Shown: positions 12,246-21,290 of the stretch, piece after piece
Numbering within the stretch: the stretch's first letter is position 1
Layout of the letters: the number at the start of each line of letters is the position of its first letter
Assembly (NCBI GenBank): GCA_004431415.1
Contig: QPMI01000131.1
Coordinates: 9,983-73,982 of the forward strand
Reading direction: 5' to 3'
DNA length: 64,000 nucleotides
Source: Cyanophora paradoxa CCMP329
Taxonomy: Eukaryota; Plantae; Glaucophyta
Position numbers and translations under genes: made by a program
Notes under the pieces: generated by a model
Database searches by the model: none
Told to the model about the DNA's origin: nothing
Seen by the model: the letters and a program-made list of their open reading frames with translations, nothing else

Positions 12246-12522
12246 AGGTGTAACAGGTGTAACAGGTAAATCCCAAACTTCGCTCCTAGGGAGGCCAAAA
12301 ACCCAAAACTTTGGGATTTACCTGTTACACCTGTTACACCTTGGGATTCACCTGTTACATCTATCAAACAAAGCATTAATATATTCGATTCCTTACATTG
12401 ATTATAGTGTCATGTAACAGGTGTAACAGGTGTTTCCCAAACTTTCCTCATAGGAGATGAAAAATCCAAAACTTTGGGATTTACCTGTTACACCCGTTAC
12501 ACCTTGGGATTCACCTGTTACA
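12246..12522. repeat. Two tandem palindromic cassettes built from 9-bp TGTAACAGG iterons
   Basis: Perfect 32-bp inverted arms at 12246-12277 and 12310-12341 around a 32-nt spacer. A slightly diverged second copy at ~12413-12522. Confidence 0.92.
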
Positions 12523-12601
12523 CATTGATTATCGACTGTTTAATTGGACATGTTACACTTGAAACACAATTTTGATACAGTAAAAAACAGAATCCAATCT
12601 T

Positions 12602-12908
12602 ATCGATTGTTTAATTGGACATAATGCAACTCTGGGGTCATTTTTGATACAGTAGAAATTTAACAGGAATCTTATCGATTGTTTAATTGGACGTAATGCA
12701 ACTCTGGGGTCATTTTTGTTTCCCGAAATCTCATCGATTGTTTAATTGGACATAATGCAACTCTGGGGTCATTTTTGATACAGTAGAAATTTAACAGGAA
12801 TCTTATCGATTGTTTAATTGGACGTAATGCAACTCTGGGGTCATTTTTGTTTCCCGAAATCTCATCGATTGTTTAATTGGACATAATGCAACTCTGGGGT
12901 CATTTTTG
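12602..12908. repeat. Tandem array: 45-bp core x5 with two alternating spacers (131-bp higher-order period)
   Basis: ATCGATTGTTTAATTGGAC(A/G)TAATGCAACTCTGGGGTCATTTTTG at 12602, 12674, 12733, 12805 and 12864. Degenerate partial copy near 12531. Confidence 0.95.
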
Positions 12909-13210
12909 TTTTACGATACAATATGGGCGGTGGACTACTTCAATCGTTAATATATCATAAATTTATGTTCCTTCAATCGAGATTATATCAAATTTGCATA
13001 AAATACATATTAATCGCGTTTATATCAATTAATCAATCGAGAAATACGTATTTTACGATTGAATTTAATTGAATTTATTTAAAATTTGTATAAATTTCAT
13101 AAAATCATAATTTAATCGATATCATTCCAATTAATTTAATCGAGTTTATTTAAATTTAATTGATTTAATTAAAAAGTTTGATTAATTTTTTAAATCTTTT
13201 CGATTAATTT

Positions 13211-13317
13211 ACACATAAATAAAAACAAATTTTAATCCTGAGCGACAGAGCGAAATGAGCGCGAAGCGCGAATTGAGCGATAGAGCGAGGGATTAAAATT
13301 TGTTTTTATTTATGTGT
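13211..13317 (+). other. Fold-back hairpin; putative covalently closed viral genome terminus
   Basis: Perfect 28-bp inverted repeat (13211-13238 / 13290-13317) enclosing a 51-nt symmetric, imperfectly paired segment with a GCGC-GAA-GCGC apex. Sits exactly at the AT/GC boundary. Confidence 0.8.
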
Positions 13318-16300
13318 GGGGGCGGAGTCGGGCAGCTGCCGGGAGCGGGTGGGAGCCGGCCTATTTAGGTTGGAGAGGCTCGGAGACCAGCCCTTCGATT
13401 CGCACGAGGAGCCCGCTGGAATTCGGCGAACGTGGGATGCGTACTCGACCCAGCGGCAGGCCGTTATGGAGAGGCCCAGCTCGCGATGGAGCTGTTCGGA
13501 GCCGCAATATTTTGGGTGGGGGCAGAATTGGAATTCGAGTCTGCGTTCACGCCAGGCAGGGTCGAGTTCAAGAGCCGATAGGCCGGGGTCGCGTGTGGAA
13601 AGTCCATCGTATGGGGTGAGGCAGTAATGGACGAGTTCCACCCCATAATTATACTCTGAGTCTCGGGGGCAGTTAGGGTCCGCGTCGGGGTCCTCGGGAG
13701 CCAGTTCGTCCGGGTTTTCGTCCGGGAGAGGGGTTTCCCGACGACGCGACCAACTAGGCCTTGGGACGTCCAGACAAAGTCACCAATTTTGAGTCCCGCA
13801 AGGACGGCGTCGGCTTGGAGAGAGCGACGGATGTCTGGGATAGAGGGCGGCGGGGGCATGGGGTATCGGGGGAGGAAGGGGGACTGGATGGAAGGGCGGG
13901 GAAGAGAGAGTTCTTCGCGGACCGCGTCCCACCAGTATGTAGTATGCCGGGACACGACCGTGACTCCAGAGGAGGGACCAATCAGCTAGTGAGCCGTCGG
14001 AGGACGTAATGTCACGGATGGTGAGGAGGCCGCAGCGATAGAGGCGCTGGCCGGCTCGTTGGAGGGTGAGGGGCGTCAATTGTGATGATATAATGTATTC
14101 TCGTCGAAGGTGGGACCGTCGGGAGGGGAGGCCGTGCGTCCAGGAATCGCATGTTGTGAGGATGTGGTGGGAGGTGGAAGTCAGGTCTGCCGTGATGGCG
14201 AGCGTAATATTTTTCTGTAGTGTAAGGGGCCCCGAAGGAAGGTTCGGATATTCATGTGGGAGGAGAGGGAGCCCGTACCGGGCCTGGGTGTCGAGGACGC
14301 GTTGTCGGTATATTTGGCCGTAGAGTGATGATGTGTGGGAGGCGAGTTCCTGGCGGAGGCGCTCGTCGACGCACTGCTGTTGGCGTTGGATGACTGCTAT
14401 TGAGGGAAGGCGATAGATGGAGGAGAATGCAGCCGTGGAGACGGACTGGGCCAGGTTGGCAGTGTGTTTGGCCGCGGTGAGCCAAACAGCGTCGAGGGAC
14501 TGGCATTGGGATGGCGTTAGGGTCATGATGCGGAGGGGGTATGACAGTTTAGGGAAGAGAACCCGGTGTAATATCACTTGGAATTCGTGAACGGTAATCT
14601 TTTTCGTGGCTAGGATCGAGATTGCAGATTGGAGCTGGGATTTGAGTAGGCGGACTTGGTGGGTCCAGGACAGGTTCGCAGTAAACTGGACGCCGAGGAC
14701 GCGGAAGGGCGTTGTGGGGGAGAGGATGTGGCCAACCTCAGCTCTGGAATCGCCAACGCCGACATAGTATTTGCTCTTGACCGGCTCTTCGGATCGGGGG
14801 GGTTTCCAGTGAAAAATTTCCGTCTTTTTGGCGTTCAAGTTCATGCCATGGATATGTAGAAATTCGGACAGCCAGTCAAGCATATGTTGGAGGCCCTGAG
14901 CCGAGCTGGCAAGCATGGTGGTGTCGTCGGCGTATGCAAGCACAGAGACTTTGGGGCAGGGACCGGCGGGGAAGTAGAGGGGTTCGCCAGGGCATGGTGG
15001 GCGGGGGAACGGGGGCGGGTCGGATCAGATCGGTGCGGCCCAAGCTGGTAGCCGAAATTGGACTGAGTCGCTCGTTCTTCAATGGCGGTGAGAGCGGCGT
15101 CGAAGAAAATGCGCCAGTGGAGGGGGCTTCGATGCCACCTTGGGGAGGCCACAGGGACTTGAAAATATTCAGTGCGGCCGTGGGGGTAAGGATGCACGCC
15201 GTGCGGTGTTGAGCTGCTTTTTTGTGGAGGGCTATATATCGTTTCCCTTCAGGATGGAGGTGGAGTTGGATACGGTTAAGGCTGAGCTCTTGGCTATGCC
15301 AGGAGACACTGTCGTAGGCGCTGGCGATATCCCCAGGCCGCCAAAGATTGGCTTTTTGAACTGGTGCGCGTCCTCGAGGGAGGATCGGAGGGCGTAGAGG
15401 ACAGGGTCGGTAGATTCGCGGCGACAGAAACCATAATTACGGCCGCGTAGAATGTTATGTGTATCAATGCGGTCTTCCATGCGGTGGGTCAGGAGGCCCG
15501 TGACCAGCTTCCAGGTGACTTCTTGAAGGGTGATGGGGCGGAGATCGGCGAGATCTGCTGAATTATCTCGTTTCGGGATAGCGTAGACTTGGCCGCGAAG
15601 TGCGTGGTCGGGCACGTGGCCGAGAAGAGTGGATTGAACTAGGGCTCGGATGGCGTCACGCGAGGTGGTCCAGTGGGCCGCGGACTCGAAGCTGTTTATC
15701 TCGTCTGTAGAGTGTGAGGCGGCTAAGGTCTGGCGTTCCGTCTTGGAGAGGCGGAGGGGGGACCAGAGCATTTTAAGCATTCCGTTCGTGAGGCCGGAGG
15801 GACCGCCAGCGCCATTGGACAGGGACGAGATGAGGCGATCGAGTTCGGGGTCCTCTGGCATGGCCATTAGCCCGTCCCAGACGGCGGGGGCGAAGTGGGA
15901 AAGGGGTCGGTACTGGCGTTTCCAAAATCTGCCCAACCAGGCGCCGTTTTCAATGACCTCGAATTTCGTAGCTATGGCATCCAGGTTTGGGGCGGCCTTG
16001 CGGAGTCGCCAGAAATTTTTGAAGTGATCCAGATGTGCGCGTTTAATTTCAGTGGGATCAGTGAGCACGTCGGGGAGTCCCGCTGCCGTGCGGGTAAGAT
16101 ATAGGCGAGGGGCGGATCGGAAGCGGGAGAGAAGGAGTTGAATAGCCCGACCCATGCTTCGACAGTGGGACAGGAGGTGGCGGCGGGTGTCAATATTGCG
16201 AGCGATGTCGGCTTCGGTGTATGCGCGGCGATGATTGTCCAGGGCGGCCCGCGCCTGTAAATGCCACATGCTGAGTTGAGCATGGTACTCGGCGATTTCA

Positions 16301-17780
16301 GATCCTGTAATGATACCATTCTCGAACTCAGGGTAATTAGGAGGGTCGGGGAAAGCGAGGAGGGAGGGGCAAAATGCCAGCGTGGTGTCCGAGCCCGCAG
16401 ATTTTCGGATGTCTGTCACGTCTTTGGGAAGGTCCCGGAAAACAGCCCGAATAGTTTCGTCAGGCGGGTGGTCTGTGGAACCTTGGCGCGCCCAGTCGTT
16501 TAGGGCCTGTCCGACGCGGCCAACAAGTTGTTCGTCGTCAGCGTCCAGCGCAGACAAGTGGTTGAATTTAGCCATATCGCCCTGGGCGGCTACTCGGTGT
16601 TGGAGGACTTTTGCAGTAGAGAATTCTTTAGCGTGAGCGACGGACTTGATACTCTGGGCGATTGCGCAGAGGAGGGAGCGGTGGGATTTCGTGGCGCGGC
16701 GGGCGTAGTCGGGGCTGTTTTCGGGAGTGAGAAGGAGCTGGATATACCGCTGACCGTGTTTATTGAGAAAGGCTTCGACAGCGAGCTTGAAAGCAAGCCG
16801 GATTGGTGCAGGCTGGGCGGCATAGTTGAAGAGAGGGGGAGAGGCTGGGGTCGGGGCTGGCGGGGGGCGGTCGGGGGGCAGAGAGCACTCCTTCGGTTGT
16901 GAAAGTCGCCAGTACTGGGAAGTGATCGGCTGAGAGCAGGGGGAGGGTCGTCCAGGGACAGCCAGTGTACGAGTGCCCAGCGATCGGGCCGCTAGGGTGG
17001 GGGAGGCGAGGGCATAGTCGAGGCGGGCGGCGTTCAGGAGAGGGCGGTGGCCTTGCTCGTCGATGAAGTCTGCGTGGTGTGAGATGTGCGTGAAATCGCC
17101 GGGGTACCGGTGTCGATGAGGCCCCAGGTCGCTCGGAGGAGGGTCCAGATTTCCGCGTAGGAGTTCGGGGGTGTAGTTTCGGTGCGCCGGTTGCCCCCGG
17201 TGATCCGGTCGTTGCACGGAGAGTATGTGCTATTCATATCGCCGAGTACCAGGAGATGTGTCTGCCAGTCAGGCTCGTGGAGGTCAGGTGCGACCTTCGC
17301 GGTCAGGTATTCGGTGAGGTCGTGGAGCTCTTTTTGCAAATTGTCGTGCCCGCAGTCCGGTACATAGAGTGAGAGGACAATGAGGCGCTCGCGCGTGCGC
17401 GGGAAGTCAAACCGAGCGCCGGCTACTCGGCCGTCAAACGCGTAATCCGCCTGGCGGTGCGCTGCATAGCTTGCTGAGATCCACAGCGGGGAGCCGGCGG
17501 TGCCAGGACGGGCCGCGGAGGGAGGGGAGTAGACAAGGTAGCTAGATTTATGGCGGCGGACTGCCGTCTTAATCAGGTGATCGCGGATATTGGGCGGAAA
17601 GGGCTTCGAGGGGGGGCGGTCAACGGGGACCATGTCGACCTCTTGAAGAGCAACGAAGTGACAGTCCCAATCACGGCGGCCATAGTCGATTGCGCTGATA
17701 AATTTAGTTGCAATATTGTTGCCGCTCGTCTTCCCTCCAAGCGGCGAATATTCCACGTGAGGGCGCGGAGGTTCAGCTTC
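13318..17780 (-). pseudogene. LINE ORF2: apurinic endonuclease plus reverse transcriptase, with several frameshifts
   Basis: APE motifs LTWNIRRL, ALQE, SLYVP, LGDMNS and RLDYALAS. RT motifs GPSG, IPK...RPITL, NYGF, DIASAYDSV, LSPLHW and YADD (14923-14934), followed by FRVLGV. Confidence 0.9.
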
Positions 17781-18979
17781 GCATTAGCCGCGTCCGGGGG
17801 ATGTGCTAGGACGGGGATCTGGAGCACATCACGATGGCGGCGAGCGTCAATACGGTCAGCGGTGTAGAGGGAGGGAGGGTATAGCGTTAGAAGGGACGAG
17901 GCCGCCGTGACTAGTGTCGGGGAGGAGAGGGCAGCGGCGGCGGTAGCGACTGCAGCGGCCGTAGCTGTGCTGGGCTCAATGTCCGCAAGAGCGACGGGGA
18001 CAAGGGCGACGAGGAGAGCACAAAGGAGGAGGCGCGCGGGAAGAGGGGCCGGGCGGCTGAAGGTCCGTTGGACTTGTGGGGCGCGGCGCGCAGGCCGGCC
18101 CAGGAGTTCGAGACCGGCGTCATGCGGCGCAGCGTCCGTGGCGCCGGCGTCAGCGGGGCCAGCGCTGGCGTGCACGTAGGCACTGGCGCGGAAGCTAACT
18201 GCGAGGTACGCGGCCGTGCGCGTGGCTGGTACGCGTCCGGATCCGTACGCGGGGCTCGTACGACAGCTCTCGGCGTCATGCAGCGCGGCGTCCGCGGCCG
18301 AGCTCGAGGCGCCGGCGTTGGCGGGGCTAGCACTAGCGTGGGCGCCGGAGCTAGCTGCGAAACCTGCAGTGGTAGTATCGGTGCTATAGCTAGGCGCCGG
18401 CACGCGACCGTACGCAGGGTTGGTGGTACTAGCTATAGTGCAGCTATTAAAGCGCCAATCGCGGATTGCGGAGGTATTGGGCCGCTTCGAATCATTGCCC
18501 GACTCACCGGTCGCATGAATAGAAAAAACTGTTCGCGTTGGAGTTTTTTGACGGCACGCGGCGGGGGTACCGGTAGGCGCAGTTTCGTCTGGGGCCCTGA
18601 GACGTTCCGACCGGAAGGGGAGGCTCCACCGGCCACTGCAGTAGGCGGCGGCGCTGATGTGGCTTCCGTGCTCCAGTCCAGCGATCAGGTTCTGGAGCAT
18701 GCCGTAGCGCGGTCTAGCGAACGTGGTCCAGGAGGTGCTCCAGATGTAGACACGGCGACTGAGCTGCGAAAGTACTTGCGCGGCCTGCTGGATGCCGAGG
18801 CGAACAGCGCGGCGTGGAGCGGCAGCGACAGTAGCATCAGTACGGGGATTGGCCTCTCGCTGCGGGCCTGGAGACGCGCTCGACGGGCGGGGCGTTGCAG
18901 GCGGACCTCCGGGACACTTCTGCACACCGAGGTTTGTTCTAGGGGTCGGACAGTCGGCTCGGGAGGCCGACAGCGTTCT

Positions 18980-21290
18980 GGGGAGGCCGACAGCGTTCTG
19001 CAGGTCGAACGGGGGCGAGACAGGCGGCGCGATGGGGCCCGGCGGCGGCTTCACTTCAGGTCCAGGTCCGTCAGCACGGGCGCGGCGCCGGGCAGCGGGG
19101 CGGCCGATAGCGTCCTGCAGGTCGCGCGGCGCGGGCGGAGGCGGGACAGGCTGCAGGCTGGGGCCCGTCGGCTGCTTCACTTCAGGTCCAGGTCCGTCAG
19201 CACGGGCGCGGCGCCGGGCAGTGCGGCGGCCGACAGCGTCCTGCAGGTCGCGCGGCGCGGACGGAGGCGAGACAGGCGGCGCGCTGGGGCTCGGCGGCGG
19301 CTTCTCTTCAGGTACAGGTCCGTCAGTCCGGGCTCGGCGCCGGGCAGCGGGGCGGCCGACAGCGTCCTGCAGGTCTCGCGGCGCGCGAGGAGGCGAGGCG
19401 CGGGGCGCGCTGGGGTTCGGCGGCGGATTCACGTCAGGTCCAGGTCCGTCAGCACGGGCGCGGCGCCGAGAAGTGCGGCGGCCGACAGCGTCCTGCAGGT
19501 CGCGCTGCGCGGGCGGAGGCGAGGCGCGGGGCGCGCTGGGGCTCGGCGGCGGCTTCACTTGAGGTCCAGGTCCGTCAGCACGGGCGCGGTGCCGGGCAGC
19601 GGGGCGACCGACAGTGTTCTGCAGGTCGCGCGGCGCGGGCGGAGGCGAGACAGGCGGCGCGCTGGGGCTCGGCGGCGGCTTCACTTGAGGTCCAGGTCCG
19701 TCAGCCCGGGCGCGGCGCCGGGCAGCGGGGAGGCCGACAGCGTCCTGCAGGTCGCGCGGCGCGGGCGGAGGCGAGACAGGCGCGCTGGGGCTCGGCGGCG
19801 GCTCCACTTGAGGTCCAGGTCCGTCAGCACGGGCGCGGCGCCGGGCAGCGGGGCGGCCGACAGCGTTCTGCAGGTCGCGCTGCGCGGGCGGAGGCGAGAC
19901 AGGCGGCGCGCTGGGGCTCGGCGGCGGCTCCACTTGAGGGCCAGGTCCGTCAGTCCGGGCGCGGTGCCGGGCAGCGGGGCGGCCGACAGCGTCCTGCAGG
20001 TCGCGCTGCGCGGGCGGAGGCGAGACAGGCGGCGCGCTGGGGCTCGGCGGCGGCTTCACTTGAGGGCCAGGTCCGACAGCACAGGCGCGGCGCCAAGCAG
20101 CGGGGCGGCCGACAGCGTCCTGCAGGTCGCGCGGCGCGGGCGGAGGCGAGGCGCGGGGCGCGCTGGGGCTCGGCGGCGGCTTCAATTGAGGTCCAGGTCC
20201 GTCAGTCCGGGCGCGGTGCCGGGCAGCGGGGCGACCGACAGTGTTCTGCAGGTCGCGCGGCGCGAGCGGAGGCGAGACAGGCGGCGCGCTGGGGCTCGGC
20301 GGCGGCTTCACTTGAGGTCCAGGTCCGACAGCACGGGCGCGGCGCCAAGCAGCGGGGCGGCCGACAGCGTCCTGCAGGTCTCGCGGCGCGGGCGGAGGCG
20401 AGGCGCGGGGCGCCCTGGGGCTCGGCGGCGGCTTCAATTGAGGTCCAGGTCCGTCAGCAAGGGCGCGGCGCCAAGCAGCGGGGCGGCCGACAGCGTCCTG
20501 CAGGTCGCGCGGCGCGGGCGGAGGCGAGGCGCGGGGCGCGCTGGGGCTCGGCGGCGGCTCCACTTGAGGTCCAGGTCCGTCAGCACGGGCGCAGTGCCGG
20601 GCAGCGGGGCGACCGACAGTGTTCTGCAGGTCGCGCGGCGCGGGCGGGGGCGAGACAGGCGGCGCGCTGGGGCTCGGCGGCGGCTTCACTTCAGGTCCAG
20701 GTCCGTCAGTCCGGGGGCGGTGCTGGGCAGTGGGGCGGCCGACAGCGTTCTGCAGGTCTCGCGGCGCGGGCGAAGGCGAGACAGGCGGCGCGCTGGAGCT
20801 CGGCGGCGGCTTCACTTGAGGTCCAGGTCCGTCAGCACGGGCGCGGCGCCGGGCAGCGGGGCGGCCGACAGCGTCCTGCAGGTCTCGCGGCGCGGGCGGA
20901 GGCGAGGCACGGGGCGCGCTGGGGCTCGGTGGCGGATTCACTTCAGGTCCAGGTCCGTCAGTCCGGGGGCGGTGCTGGGCAGCGGGGCGGCCGACAGCGT
21001 TCTGCAGGTCTCGCGGCGCGGGCGGAGGCGAGGCGCGGGGCGCGCTGGGGCTCGGCGGCGGCTTCACTTGAGGGCCAGGTCCGACAGCACGGGCGCGGCG
21101 CCAAGCAGCGGGGCGGCCGACAGCGTCCTGCAGGTCGCGCAGCGCGGGTGGGGGCGAGGCGCGGGGCGCGCTGGGGCTCAGCGGCGGCTTCACTTGAGGT
21201 CCAGGTCCGTCAGCACGGGCGCGGTGCCGGGCAGCGAAGGGGCCGACAGCGTCTTGCAGGTCGCGTGGCGCGGGAGGGGGCGAGGCGCGC
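18980..21290. repeat. 126-bp GC-rich minisatellite, ~19 copies
   Basis: The 42-aa unit (DSVLQV...) occurs 19 times in the + ORF, and as RDLQDAVGRP... in the - ORF. Unit starts are spaced 126 bp apart (19071, 19197, 19323). Confidence 0.95.

Larger units (their letters stand above)
1..13317. mobile_element. Endogenous (or mis-joined) terminal segment of a large linear dsDNA virus, Nucleocytoviricota-like
   Basis: Abrupt switch from AT-rich to very GC-rich DNA at 13317/13318. ORFs are intron-less and tightly packed. Gene content (patatin, fibre, zinc-ribbon, small AdoMetDC) is typical of giant-virus accessory regions. Ends in repeat arrays and a hairpin. No capsid or polymerase gene in the window, so the family is uncertain. 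Confidence 0.75.

Noticed and set aside
12194-12376. 60-aa ORF with VTGVTG repeats
   Set aside because: It is a translation of the iteron palindrome, with no coding evidence.
12602-12908. CRISPR-like repeat-spacer pattern
   Set aside because: The spacers are not unique (two sequences alternate) and there are no cas genes; it is a higher-order tandem repeat.
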